NCBI GenBank assembly: GCA_944385645.1
Contig: CALWYA010000001.1
Location: 1-37,448, forward strand
Direction of reading: 5' to 3'
DNA length: 37,448 nt
DNA from: an uncultured Oscillospiraceae bacterium
Lineage (GTDB): Bacteria; Bacillota; Clostridia; Oscillospirales; Oscillospiraceae
Under the pieces are notes generated by a model that saw only the letters and a program-made list of their open reading frames with translations, was not told where the DNA came from and made no database searches. The translations under genes were made by a program, and so were the position numbers. This document shows, one piece after another, positions 17,720 through 26,891 of the stretch. The stretch's first letter is position 1. Every line of letters begins with the position of its first letter.

Positions 17720-19003
17720 CTATTCCGCCGGCGGTCTGGTCTGCGCCCGGAGCCGGCTCAGCTCCGCCCACATGGACAGGGGCACATCGTTCAGGGTGGC
17801 CCGCCGCTCATCTCCCCCGGGCACGTCGGGCAGATCCTCCAGGGCCCGCACGTCGTTGACGGAGAAGGGCCCGTTCTGGAGCATGATCTGGTACCACTGG
17901 CCCCTGGCCGCCCGGTCCCCCCGGAGCTCCGCCATCATATTGATGCGGACCTCCAGACCCGCGAAGATCTCCCGGTCGGTGAGAAGCTTCCAAGTCTGCT
18001 CCTCCTCGTACTGGGTGACGATGGGGTGCAGGGTGGCCACCACATACTCGATGGCGTTCTGCTCATTGGAGTTATAGGCCTCCTTGCCCTCCCCCAGTTT
18101 GTAGAGCGGCACCCCGAAGTATCTGGCGATGTCCCGGATGGAGATCTCCTTGTTCTCCACGAATTGGGCATCCTGGTTGGTTGCGGCGATGGGAGTGTAC
18201 TTCAGGCCCAGGTCCAGGATGGCCACCCGGTGGCCGTTCTTGGGGCCGGCATGGACCTTCTCCCAGTCCGTCCGCAGGGCTTCTTTCTTGGTCAAAAGGC
18301 TCCCGTCTTGGCGTTTCAGGGGTTTTCCGTCCACCCCCATCAGATAGCCGTTCAGGTCGCTGTCCGTCTGGAGAACGCCGGAGGGCTGACCTCCGTTCTC
18401 ATAGAATGTCCGGCTGTACTCCTGGGCCGCCTTGGCCTCGGCCAGGGTGTCGGCCGCTCTGCGGAGCACCGAGATCCCTTTCAGCCCGTCCCGGGTGGCC
18501 CCCTTGTAGTGGCACACATCCTCCTGGGGCAGCACCATAGGCTCCCCGGTGATGGGGTGGCTCACCGTATACCAGATGCGGCCGACTGTGTCCTTCCAGG
18601 GCTCCACCAGGTACCAGGGCACGGGAATCAATTCCACCACCCGTCCGGTCCCGGGATCCCGCACGATCCAGTCGTAGCCGTTGCCCCCCTCGTTCCGGCT
18701 GTTCTCCAGCACCTCCTTGCGGACGCTGGGGGTCATGGCCTCATTGGGCCGCACATTCAACAGCCGCAGGATGGGGTGGTCGATCCGCTCCCGGGTGCGG
18801 GTGTCCATCACATAGCTGGGCAGCTTCGCCATGGAGCCGGCCAGGATGCTCATACACCGGTCCACCACCGACAGCTTCCGGGCGTAAGTCTCCGGGGCCT
18901 CCGCCCCGGCGGCGGGATAGCCCGCCGCCGCCAGTGCCGCCGGCGTCACCGCCTTCCGGGTGGGCGACCTGGCCAGGTACAGCAGCCCACGCTTCAGACT
19001 CAT
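17720..19003 (-). CDS. Portal protein, HK97 family
   Basis: LLNVRPNEAMT, GNGY, FYENGGQPSGVL, DAQFVE, IARYFGVP, NDVRALEDLP motifs. Confidence 0.95.
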   Translation of the reverse strand: MSLKRGLLYLARSPTRKAVTPAALAAAGYPAAGAEAPETYARKLSVVDRCMSILAGSMAKLPSYVMDTRTRERIDHPILRLLNVRPNEAMTPSVRKEVLENSRNEGGNGYDWIVRDPGTGRVVELIPVPWYLVEPWKDTVGRIWYTVSHPITGEPMVLPQEDVCHYKGATRDGLKGISVLRRAADTLAEAKAAQEYSRTFYENGGQPSGVLQTDSDLNGYLMGVDGKPLKRQDGSLLTKKEALRTDWEKVHAGPKNGHRVAILDLGLKYTPIAATNQDAQFVENKEISIRDIARYFGVPLYKLGEGKEAYNSNEQNAIEYVVATLHPIVTQYEEEQTWKLLTDREIFAGLEVRINMMAELRGDRAARGQWYQIMLQNGPFSVNDVRALEDLPDVPGGDERRATLNDVPLSMWAELSRLRAQTRPPAE

Positions 19004-19191
19004 GCGTCATCCCCTCCTCCCAGAATAGCCAGCATCCCGCCGATAATGGCCAGCACGCCCCCGACAATCAGCCCGGCGGGGAGATAGACCATCCCCGCCC
19101 CGACAGCCGCCAGAAGGGCGCCAGAGGCCAGCAGCAGCTCCCCTGCCCGACCTTTCAGTTTGTTCTTCCAGCTTTTCATATTTCCTCCCAT
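19000..19191 (-). CDS. Small membrane protein between terminase and portal
   Basis: Two hydrophobic helices; ATGA overlap with portal. Confidence 0.75.
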   Translation of the reverse strand: MGGNMKSWKNKLKGRAGELLLASGALLAAVGAGMVYLPAGLIVGGVLAIIGGMLAILGGGDDA

Positions 19192-19192
19192 C

Positions 19193-20974
19193 TCAGAGGC
19201 TGAACTCCGGCCGGTCCATGGCCGCCGCTAGGTCTGGCTTCTGATTGGCCGCCACCAGGGCCACCGCCATGGCGATAATCCAGGCCACCGTGATGTCGAT
19301 GCGTCCGATGCTCCTGTTCTTCATGGGCTTGATGTTCTCGTTGCCGTCCACGGCACACCGCACATTCCCGAAACACCACCGGGCGCAGGTGTTATGAACA
19401 TGGAGCATCTGGTGGCTGCGGACCAGCCGCTCCAGCTCCTTCATGGCCGGGGATAGAGAGGGCATGGTCTGGGGGATCTCCACCACGTGCAGCCCCCGCT
19501 CCGTCAGCCGCTGGGTCAGCGTCCGGCTGAGATAGGGGTCCACCCCCAGCATCTCCAGCCGGTACCGCTGGGCCGCCTGGGCAGCGGCCTCCTCCACCTG
19601 GATGAAGTCGATCATGTCGCCCTCACACAGCTCCAGAAAGCCAGCCCTGGCCCAGTCCTGATAGGGTACATGGTCCCGCCGCTCCGCGTCCTCCACCCCC
19701 TCCTGGGGCCTCCAGGCCCGGAACAGCGCCACCCAAGTGTCCAGCCCCGGCTGGGGCGGGAACAGGAGGGTAAAGGCCGTCAGGTCGGTGGTAGTGGACA
19801 GGTCCAGGCCGCCATAGCACCGCTTGCCCTGCAGCCGCTCCACCCACGCCTGCCGGTCCGCCCTGGCGGAGGGACCCCACTGGGTCTTGTCGTACAGGGA
19901 GAGGGGCAGCCAGCCCACCGCCTTGACGCTGATCCACTGATTCAGCCGCAGCCAGCGGAAGAGTTTCTCCGCCGCCGGGCTCTTTTTCGCCGCCTGGGCC
20001 TCCAGGCGCAGGGCCCGCAGGGTCAGATGCTTTCCCAGGGATGGGTTGCACATGGCCCAGAGAGACTTGTCCCAGATGTCGATCTGTTCCAGATCCTCCG
20101 GGTCGTCTCCATACATGGCCGTCAGGCCGTAAAGGACCGGCAGCCAGTTGGTCTCATCCCGGGCCAGAAGGGCCTCCTGGGCCCGGGGCATCTCGTCCTC
20201 TGCCACCCGCCGCAGGGAGAGCACCTGCCGGGGATCTCCCCCCTGCTCCAGGATGGTCCGCAGCTGCCGGGCGTCCCGGATGGAGGCCGCCCGCTGGTGG
20301 ATCTCCCAGCCGATGCTGTTCCGGTCCGGGTCGTCCCCGGCGGTGGTCAGCACGATCCACACCGGCTGCTCGTGGGCGGCACCGGCGGCGCCGGTCATGA
20401 CTTCCCACATGTCCCGGTTGGGCTGGGCGTGGAGCTCGTCGAAGATCACACAGCTGGGCTTATAGCCGTGCTTACTGTACGCCTCGGCGGACAGGACCTG
20501 CATCAGCCCCACGGTGACCCACCGCAGTGCCCCGTTCTCCGACTGCACCCGCTGGCGGTACTCGATCCGCTTCTGGGATTTGCTTACCTTCAGGTCGCCC
20601 CGGGCGATCATCTTGGCCGTCCAGGGAGCTGTCTCCAACATGAACACCGCCGCTCGGAACACGATGCTGGCATTATCCTTGTCGGCCGCGCACAGGTAGA
20701 CCTCGGCGTTCAGCTCCCCGTCTCCAAACAGGTGGTAGAGGCCCAGGGCGGCCGCCAGCTCGCTTTTGCCGTTCTTTTTGGGGATCTCCAGGTACAGGTA
20801 CTGATAGCGGCGCAGCAGCCGGCCGGACTCCTCGTCCAGGTCCATGGTGGAGTAAAAGTCCATCAGGGTATCCCGCTGCCAGTCATACAGCCGGAAGGGC
20901 TTCCCTGTGTCGGTGGTGGGCAGGCGCTCCACAAAGTCGCACACAAAGCGGCCGCTCTCCTCGTCCCATGCCAT
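19193..20974 (-). CDS. terL: Terminase large subunit
   Basis: Walker A IPKKNGKSEL, Walker B IFDELH, TTAG, GLDLSTTTDLTA and RID motifs. Confidence 0.96.
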   Translation of the reverse strand: MAWDEESGRFVCDFVERLPTTDTGKPFRLYDWQRDTLMDFYSTMDLDEESGRLLRRYQYLYLEIPKKNGKSELAAALGLYHLFGDGELNAEVYLCAADKDNASIVFRAAVFMLETAPWTAKMIARGDLKVSKSQKRIEYRQRVQSENGALRWVTVGLMQVLSAEAYSKHGYKPSCVIFDELHAQPNRDMWEVMTGAAGAAHEQPVWIVLTTAGDDPDRNSIGWEIHQRAASIRDARQLRTILEQGGDPRQVLSLRRVAEDEMPRAQEALLARDETNWLPVLYGLTAMYGDDPEDLEQIDIWDKSLWAMCNPSLGKHLTLRALRLEAQAAKKSPAAEKLFRWLRLNQWISVKAVGWLPLSLYDKTQWGPSARADRQAWVERLQGKRCYGGLDLSTTTDLTAFTLLFPPQPGLDTWVALFRAWRPQEGVEDAERRDHVPYQDWARAGFLELCEGDMIDFIQVEEAAAQAAQRYRLEMLGVDPYLSRTLTQRLTERGLHVVEIPQTMPSLSPAMKELERLVRSHQMLHVHNTCARWCFGNVRCAVDGNENIKPMKNRSIGRIDITVAWIIAMAVALVAANQKPDLAAAMDRPEFSL

Positions 20975-20977
20975 GGG

Positions 20978-21484
20978 TCAGCCCCCCGCCGCCCGGCTCT
21001 GGCGGGCTCGCAGCATCCGGGTGAATTCGTCCTCTTCGCCCTCGTCCCTGGCCGCGTTGGCCAGAACCTCGGGTACCACCAGCCGGCACCGGGAGGAGAT
21101 GGACAGACCCATCACCTCGGCGCACTGCCGGCACTGGCGGAAATAGGTGGATTGGACCGCCGACCACTCCTTGGCCAGCTTCTCGTCCTTGTCCCGGATT
21201 GCGCAGGACGCCAGCTTGTCTGCCCGGAGCCAGCGGTCCCGGACCACCAGGAACTGCCCCAGCACATCCCGGTCCAGCTCGGTGTACAGGCCGGCCTGGC
21301 GCAGGATCTCGCCGATTTCCCGGAACTCCCTGTGGAATTTCTTCAGCAGCCACCTGGGCGGCTGGGCCTGATCCGGGGGAGGGACATGGACCTCCTGGTC
21401 CCGCCGGGCGTCCTCCTCGCCTCGGGTCAGGTGCTTGTTTCCCTTCGCCTTCAGCAGCTCAACAGGCTGTCTGGGTCCTGGCAT
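20978..21484 (-). CDS. terS: Terminase small subunit, P27 family
   Basis: MPGPRQP..KGNKHLT, PPRWL and GLSISSRCRL motifs; directly upstream of terL. Confidence 0.9.
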   Translation of the reverse strand: MPGPRQPVELLKAKGNKHLTRGEEDARRDQEVHVPPPDQAQPPRWLLKKFHREFREIGEILRQAGLYTELDRDVLGQFLVVRDRWLRADKLASCAIRDKDEKLAKEWSAVQSTYFRQCRQCAEVMGLSISSRCRLVVPEVLANAARDEGEEDEFTRMLRARQSRAAGG

Positions 21485-21502
21485 GATCTCACGTCCTCTC
21501 TT

Positions 21503-21592
21503 GCGCCCCCATGGGGAAAAATTTTCGCGCCAATGGGGCCATGCGGTCTTAGACGCTCGGCCCCGAAACTTTCCAAGGGCCGGGGGAGGGGT
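21503..21592 (-). other. Probable cos/packaging initiation region
   Basis: Non-coding gap between HNH and terS with CCCCTCCCCCGG..AAAGTTT..GCGAAAATTTTCCCC on the minus strand; usual position in HK97-like phages. Confidence 0.45.
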
Positions 21593-21688
21593 CGAGGCCT
21601 ACGGCCTCCCCGCGCCCGCCCGGACGCGCACACCCCGGCACGCCCGCGCCCAAGCGTCCGGGCAACTCGGACCAACCCGGCCGCAAAA

Positions 21689-22075
21689 TCACCCACGATT
21701 TTTCCGCCGTTCCTCCGCCATCTCCAGAGCCGTTTTGCGGTCGTGGCAGGTCTTGCACAGGCTCTGGTGGTTGGTCGGATCGATGAACTTGCCCCAGTCC
21801 CCTCGGTGAGGGACGATGTGGTCCACCACCGTGGCCCGGGTCCGGTGCCTGGGATCTCCTGGCGGATACCGCGCGGCGCACTCGCGGCAGAACGGCTCCC
21901 GCAGGAGCTGCGCCGGGCGCAGATCGTCCGTCCAGACGGGCAGGCTGTACCAGCGGTGGTACTTCGCCGAGGCTCGGCGGGGCGCTTTCTGTGGCTTGTG
22001 CTTGGGGCAGTACCCCTCCCGGGTCAGGGCCCCACATCCTGGGTGCCGGCATGGCCGGAGCGGTTTCAGGGCCAG
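21689..22075 (-). CDS. HNH endonuclease (terminase-associated)
   Basis: PCRHPGC..YCPKH, EPFCREC, ATVVDHIVPHRGD and NHQSLCKTCHDRKT; likely CTG start after GGAGGTG. Confidence 0.9.
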   Translation of the reverse strand: MALKPLRPCRHPGCGALTREGYCPKHKPQKAPRRASAKYHRWYSLPVWTDDLRPAQLLREPFCRECAARYPPGDPRHRTRATVVDHIVPHRGDWGKFIDPTNHQSLCKTCHDRKTALEMAEERRKNRG

Positions 22076-22095
22076 GGCTATCACCTCCAGGCAAA

Positions 22096-22153
22096 CAAAA
22101 AAGCGCCCGAGCCACGACACCCGATCAATCGGGTCATCATCGGCTCAGGCGCT
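22096..22153 (-). terminator. Long hairpin plus U-tract at the entry to the late operon
   Basis: AGCGCCTGAGCC...GGCTCGGGCGCT-TTTTTG with inner stem ACCCGAT/ATCGGGT. Confidence 0.7.
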
Positions 22154-22345
22154 GGTCTCTACGGACGCTGGCTCAGGCGCATCGATATTCACGACGGTCT
22201 CCTGCCCGCATCGCTTGCACTTGCAGGGCAGGTTTCGGGCGGTGGTGTCCGCTCGGAGCTTCAGCAGCTTACCCTTGCGGCACACCGGGCAAATCACCCA
22301 TCCGTCCTTCACGATTAGTTTACCACAACGCGCTTCGGATTGCAA
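22145..22345 (-). CDS. Zn-ribbon protein (Cys-rich KTR / Com-like)
   Basis: WVICPVC..DTTARNLPCKCKRCGQE. Confidence 0.75.
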   Translation of the reverse strand: MQSEARCGKLIVKDGWVICPVCRKGKLLKLRADTTARNLPCKCKRCGQETVVNIDAPEPASVETSA

Positions 22346-22418
22346 ACCTTTTCGCCCTCTTTTCTTCCTATTTTACAGATAATATACTTACCCCCGAGAC
22401 CGAAAAGAATAGAAAAGC

Positions 22419-23186
22419 CTATTCTTTACGTCTCCGCTTTCGCTTGGCCTTCGGCCGCTTCCGCCCCGGCTGCCGTGGCAATAGATACTTGATCCAGGTA
22501 TACTCCCCATATCCATTCCGGATTGGACCCTCACACTGGAGCACCTCAGCCCCGGGCGGTGCGGTGAGTGTAACATAGTCTGGAGCGGTCTCCACCTCCG
22601 GCTCTGGCCTGGCCAGGCCCAGCGATGGCGTCCAGGTCCGCTCTCCCACCTGTGGGTGGCCCCACTCTCTGGGCTCCTTGGTAAGGTAGCTGGCCAGATC
22701 TTCCCAGGTGTAGTCCCGGTCAAACCGCATCCGCCGCAGCTCCACATTGTCCCCATAGCTCCACAGCCGGCGGATCTCGCCCAGGTCCTCCCCCGTACTG
22801 TTCAGGATCACATGATGGTGGAGCCGGCCGCCAGGGCAACAGCCTTCGGTCACATATATGTATCGGAGCGGCTGCCCCCTGGCCTTTCGTGCCGCCCGGA
22901 GTTTGCCCAGGAACGATTTCAGCCGCCGCACCGCCCGCTCCCGGTCCTCCGGCAAGTGGTCCTCATCATAGGTCAGTGTCACAAACAGGTCCCCGTCGTC
23001 AAAGTTGGCTGCCAGGGTGCGTTCCAGCTTCTGAAATGAGGTCCTGGCGTTCAGCCGCTCCCGGGCCGCTGAACTGGCCCGCTGCTTCTGGGCTCGGGCC
23101 TTGGGCGAGTCTCCGGCCGTTGCCGTAGTGTACGCCACTGCACACACCAACCGCCCCGCCCGTACCTGCCGGATGATCTTACTCAC
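22419..23186 (-). CDS. HUH endonuclease, rolling-circle Rep-like protein
   Basis: Motif I FVTLTY, motif II LHHHVIL, motif III ASYLTKE. Confidence 0.85.
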   Translation of the reverse strand: MSKIIRQVRAGRLVCAVAYTTATAGDSPKARAQKQRASSAARERLNARTSFQKLERTLAANFDDGDLFVTLTYDEDHLPEDRERAVRRLKSFLGKLRAARKARGQPLRYIYVTEGCCPGGRLHHHVILNSTGEDLGEIRRLWSYGDNVELRRMRFDRDYTWEDLASYLTKEPREWGHPQVGERTWTPSLGLARPEPEVETAPDYVTLTAPPGAEVLQCEGPIRNGYGEYTWIKYLLPRQPGRKRPKAKRKRRRKE

Positions 23187-23703
23187 CGCCGGCGTCCTCC
23201 TGTTCCAGGGCGGCCAGCGCCCGGCCGACCCGCCGCCACTCCACCAGTGAGAGGACGGTATCCCCGGTCAGCAGCCCCCGCAGGGCGGTGGCGTCCAGGT
23301 CCGGGTGGCCTCGCCAGTGCTTGATTTTAGAGGCTACCGCCTCCAGACAGCCCCGCCCGTGGGCCTCCCGGTAGTCCCGGAGCCGCTGCAAGATGGCCCG
23401 CTTCTCCTCGCCGGTCGCGGTGTCAAACAGTACGGCCACGTCCCGGCTCCGCAGGGGCTCGGCCTCGGCGGCCGGGTCGTCGGGCTCCGGCTCTGGCTCA
23501 TCCAGGGCCGCACCCCGCTCGGTGTCGATCATCACCGGGCAGACCTCCGCCGGCAGCTCCATGACCTCCAGCGCGGAGTCCCTCCCCAGCACGACGACGC
23601 CCGAGGCCAGCCCCAGCCTCACATTTTCTCTCCAAGCATCCAGTCTCTCCGGATCCGGCACGGCAAATGGCAGGTGCAACACAACAATTTTTCGATTGGT
23701 CAC
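23179..23703 (-). CDS. Hypothetical protein
   Basis: GTGA-coupled start at 23703; overlaps the Rep start. Confidence 0.7.
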   Translation of the reverse strand: MTNRKIVVLHLPFAVPDPERLDAWRENVRLGLASGVVVLGRDSALEVMELPAEVCPVMIDTERGAALDEPEPEPDDPAAEAEPLRSRDVAVLFDTATGEEKRAILQRLRDYREAHGRGCLEAVASKIKHWRGHPDLDATALRGLLTGDTVLSLVEWRRVGRALAALEQEDAGGE

Positions 23704-23954
23704 TCCCGCAGCAGGCTCAATATCCACGACAGATTTCTCCTTTCTCCATTTCCCATCCCCAACAACTCGTCGAGGGCCCGCAAATCACGCCCGTCCCGCA
23801 GGTCCTCTGTGTTGGCCTGATCAATCAGTTCCTCCAAATCCTTCAGCTTTGCCACCGCCCCATAGACCCGGGGCGGTAAAGCGACCAACTCCTTCCAGTC
23901 GAGACCGTTCAGCCCCCAGCTCCCGTCTGGATGTCTCCATGTCAGCCGGCTCAT
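23700..23954 (-). CDS. Hypothetical phage protein
   Basis: MSRLTW...KLKDLEE; ATGA coupling with the upstream gene. Confidence 0.7.
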   Translation of the reverse strand: MSRLTWRHPDGSWGLNGLDWKELVALPPRVYGAVAKLKDLEELIDQANTEDLRDGRDLRALDELLGMGNGERRNLSWILSLLRE

Positions 23955-24217
23955 ATACTTTCTCTCCCCTCCATTCGTTCTTTCCATCGCTTATACCGCT
24001 TACAAGCACAGACAGGCGGGAGCCACCGAGGCCCCATAGTGCAACGATGACAGGGACAGGACCAGTCTGCGTTTTCAGACTCCCTTTGTCTATTGCACAA
24101 CGCACCTACGCTATCCTCCAGGAAACGCTTGAACGATTCCAGCGAACCGGCTATCTTGATGTATTTGGCAGGAAAATCTTCTCGACACCGCCCTCCCTGG
24201 CGCAGTGGCCGCGTCAT
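23951..24217 (-). CDS. Hypothetical Cys-rich protein
   Basis: 88 aa; ATGA overlaps on both sides; lower GC. Confidence 0.55.
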   Translation of the reverse strand: MTRPLRQGGRCREDFPAKYIKIAGSLESFKRFLEDSVGALCNRQRESENADWSCPCHRCTMGPRWLPPVCACKRYKRWKERMEGRESI

Positions 24218-24417
24218 TCACTCATCTCCTCATCTTCCTCCTCGTCTTCATTTGGATTATAAAATACGCAGTGTGCTTCCTTGCTCGAGGCCGAGCCGAT
24301 GCTTATAAATTTCAAGGTACAACCATAAAGCGGGCTCCCATCCTTGCCTATCAACTTCCGCAAAGGTCGTTTGGACCGGTGAACGCAGGATTTCATTTTG
24401 CAAACTACGGATGTCAT
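24214..24417 (-). CDS. Hypothetical protein with Cys residues and acidic tail
   Basis: 67 aa ending NEDEEEDEEMSE; GAAGGAAGG RBS; lower GC. Confidence 0.6.
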   Translation of the reverse strand: MTSVVCKMKSCVHRSKRPLRKLIGKDGSPLYGCTLKFISIGSASSKEAHCVFYNPNEDEEEDEEMSE

Positions 24418-24418
24418 A

Positions 24419-24580
24419 TCATTGCCCTTCCTTCTTTTCGTCTCCCATCCCCTGCCCCGCCTTGGCCAGGGCGATCCCCTCGGCGATATAGCTCAGCAGC
24501 AGGATCTTCTCGGTGGGCAGGCCCTCCTTGATGGGCCTGCCGCAGCAGGGGCACGGGTCCCCGGGTTTCAACAATTTCAT
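24419..24580 (-). CDS. Small hypothetical protein (CPCC motif)
   Basis: MKLLKPGDPCPCCGRPI; GGAGGA RBS; ATGA coupling. Confidence 0.6.
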   Translation of the reverse strand: MKLLKPGDPCPCCGRPIKEGLPTEKILLLSYIAEGIALAKAGQGMGDEKKEGQ

Positions 24581-24807
24581 GACCAGTCCTCCTCCATCCA
24601 CTCCTCCCGGGTCTTCCCCTGGAGGTGCATACATTCCTCCGGCTTGTTCAGACGGGATCTCCAGCAGCAATCTCGGTCCCACCGGCTCCAGAGGGTCCCG
24701 GTGGCATATACCGGGTGCATCCCCGGGGCCTGTCCGCAGCAGTTGCAGCAGGACTGGCCCCGGCAGGGATTGGTGCACGGATCAAGCCGTACGAGCTCTC
24801 GGCTCAC
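24577..24807 (-). CDS. Small Cys-rich hypothetical protein
   Basis: GTG start; CTNPC..CCNCC..CC..C; fills the gap after PcfJ. Confidence 0.45.
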   Translation of the reverse strand: MSRELVRLDPCTNPCRGQSCCNCCGQAPGMHPVYATGTLWSRWDRDCCWRSRLNKPEECMHLQGKTREEWMEEDWS

Positions 24808-26554
24808 AGACGACCACCGGCTTTCCTCTCTGATCCCTGGGCGCCCCACCCCGGACCCATTTCAGCCACAGCTGCTCAAATTCCAGGATTTCCTGAGTGC
24901 GGGCGCAGTTGCGCAGGCCCCGGTTCTGCCGGACGGTCAGGGTCTTCTCGTCCAGCTCCAGGGTGTAATAGGACTTACCCGGAGCCCGCTTCCGCCGGAT
25001 GAAGAAGATGGCCGACTTTCCCGTGGCGTGATCTTTGCCGTAGGTGCTGACGCAGTGGCTCAGCTGGTTGCCCTCGTCGGTGAGCTCCCGCTGGCTCCGG
25101 GCTGGCCGGATGAGGAGGCCGTCCGCCTCAAAGGCCCACCGGCGCAGCAGATGCCGCCGGATGCGGAACTGGTTGGCCAGGTCGTCCGCCTCCCGCTGCC
25201 GCATCTGCGCGGCCGCCTCATCATGGGCGGCGATCAGGTTGTGAGGGAATCGCACCCGGTCGTTGGACAAGTCCCGCCCCAGCTGCTCCGCCATGGACCA
25301 GTAGTCCAGAAGGAGCTGCACGTCCGGGATGGCCGCGTCCGGCGGCGGATCCTCGTCCTCCGGCTCCGGCTCATAACTCTGGTCGCACTGCCGCAGCAGA
25401 TACCGGATGCTCTTGGCCACCGGCCCCCGGCCTACCAGCTGGTCAACGTGCTCGTCTCCAAGGTAAAAGGCGTTGGTGATGTCCTCTCCGGTCAGGATCT
25501 CTCCCTGAACGGCCTTGCTGTACCGGAACAGGTTCCAGAACAGCACGCCCCAGTCCTGTTCCCGGCCCAGCCGCAGCTCGTCCTTGGTGAGATGGAGCAT
25601 CTGTGCGGGCCGGGTCTGGCTCCAGTCCAGCTGGGACAGCTCCAGCCGGCCCTGCCGGTTGTTTTCCCACAGGAGATCCCGGACCTTATCGCGGATCAGG
25701 TCGTCCAGAACCCGGGGCAGGCCGTGGAGCAAAATCCCCTCCACGTTGGGGTGCTCCTGATACAGCCGCAGATAGGGCACAGGGTAGTGCTCCGCGCCGG
25801 GGCGCTCTCGCATGTATACGTCCAGCTTGCAGTGGGGCAGGCAGCTCTCCGCTACCAGCTCCGGCGTCAGGCCATAGATGTGCTCCTCCTGGCGCCACCG
25901 CTCCGTCCAGTCCTTTGGCTGCCGCCAGGATCGGGCGTACTCCACAAAGTAGCCGCCGGTGCCGCTGTACCCATTGCGCCAGCCCATCAGCTGGGCGCAC
26001 TCCGTGGGGCCGAACACATAGGCCTCCGCCGGGATGGCCTCCAACCGAGCCCCGCCTCCGTAGCAGGCAATCCGCTGGAGCACCCAGCAGGTGAGGACCA
26101 AGTAGTGCTCCTTCCCCACCACGGCGGCGCTCATGGCATTGGCTCCGGACGTCACAGCGTAGCCCTTGCACCGGAGATTGGCCCGTTTGCGGATCAGCAC
26201 CGGCGAGCCGCAGTTGGGGCACAGGATATTCTCGCCGTCCCCGTAGACGGTGCCGCCCTCCACTTCGGCGTAGCTCTCCGGGAGAACAAATCCGTAGCCA
26301 CCCGGCTTCCAGCCGGTCACTTTTCCGTAGTGGTACAGGTCTCGGTATCCGCAGCAGGAGCACTCCACCCGCACCATCCGGCGCTTCCGTGGCTTGGCCC
26401 ACTCGTCCAGGATCGTATCCAGTCCCCAGTCCTCCACCCACTCCTGCTCATACAGCATCCCGTAGGTATCCAGTTCCCCTGCCATGGTCTCGGCCGCCCA
26501 GGCCAGGAAACCCTCCGGCGGCTCCCGGGGGATTAGCTTGCGCACGTCCACCAT
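24782..26554 (-). CDS. PcfJ-domain protein
   Basis: C-terminal DYWSMA..FPHNLIAAHD..IRPA.S..EL.DEG..LSHCVSTY..IFFIRR..YYTLE..QNRG.RN; start ATG 26554 (MVDVRK). Confidence 0.9.
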   Translation of the reverse strand: MVDVRKLIPREPPEGFLAWAAETMAGELDTYGMLYEQEWVEDWGLDTILDEWAKPRKRRMVRVECSCCGYRDLYHYGKVTGWKPGGYGFVLPESYAEVEGGTVYGDGENILCPNCGSPVLIRKRANLRCKGYAVTSGANAMSAAVVGKEHYLVLTCWVLQRIACYGGGARLEAIPAEAYVFGPTECAQLMGWRNGYSGTGGYFVEYARSWRQPKDWTERWRQEEHIYGLTPELVAESCLPHCKLDVYMRERPGAEHYPVPYLRLYQEHPNVEGILLHGLPRVLDDLIRDKVRDLLWENNRQGRLELSQLDWSQTRPAQMLHLTKDELRLGREQDWGVLFWNLFRYSKAVQGEILTGEDITNAFYLGDEHVDQLVGRGPVAKSIRYLLRQCDQSYEPEPEDEDPPPDAAIPDVQLLLDYWSMAEQLGRDLSNDRVRFPHNLIAAHDEAAAQMRQREADDLANQFRIRRHLLRRWAFEADGLLIRPARSQRELTDEGNQLSHCVSTYGKDHATGKSAIFFIRRKRAPGKSYYTLELDEKTLTVRQNRGLRNCARTQEILEFEQLWLKWVRGGAPRDQRGKPVVVCEPRARTA

Positions 26555-26558
26555 GCTC

Positions 26559-26891
26559 TCACCCCCAGAAGTCCGCCAGATCCAGGCCCAGAATGGCGTC
26601 CCGGCCCGGCTTGCCCCGCTGGGGCAGGCCGTAAAACTCCCAGAGGATCCGGTCCGCCTCCGCCGGCGTAACGCAGGCGAAGGACCCGGTCTTGTGGGCG
26701 TCGGCGTAGGCCTTGATCTTCTTCTCCGCCTCGGTGATGGACATGGCCTCCACATCCAGATCCTGGTCCAGGAGCGCGGCGCAGATGGGCTCCGCCCGGC
26801 AGATGTCCATCAGCTGCTCCGCCACCATCCACTGGGGACCTCGGGCGGTGACCTTGCTCTGCTGTTCCCGCAGCTTGTCGATGGCACTCAC
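26559..26891 (-). CDS. PcfK-like small helical protein
   Basis: Directly upstream of PcfJ; SITEAEKKIKAYA..ACVTPAEA..EFYG pattern; C-terminal LDLADF. Confidence 0.55.
   Translation of the reverse strand: MSAIDKLREQQSKVTARGPQWMVAEQLMDICRAEPICAALLDQDLDVEAMSITEAEKKIKAYADAHKTGSFACVTPAEADRILWEFYGLPQRGKPGRDAILGLDLADFWG

Noticed and set aside
19487-22318. Very long plus-strand ORFs (943 aa here; also 24398-26536, 15588-17480, 26484-28343)
   Set aside because: Antisense shadows of real minus-strand genes caused by high-GC codon bias
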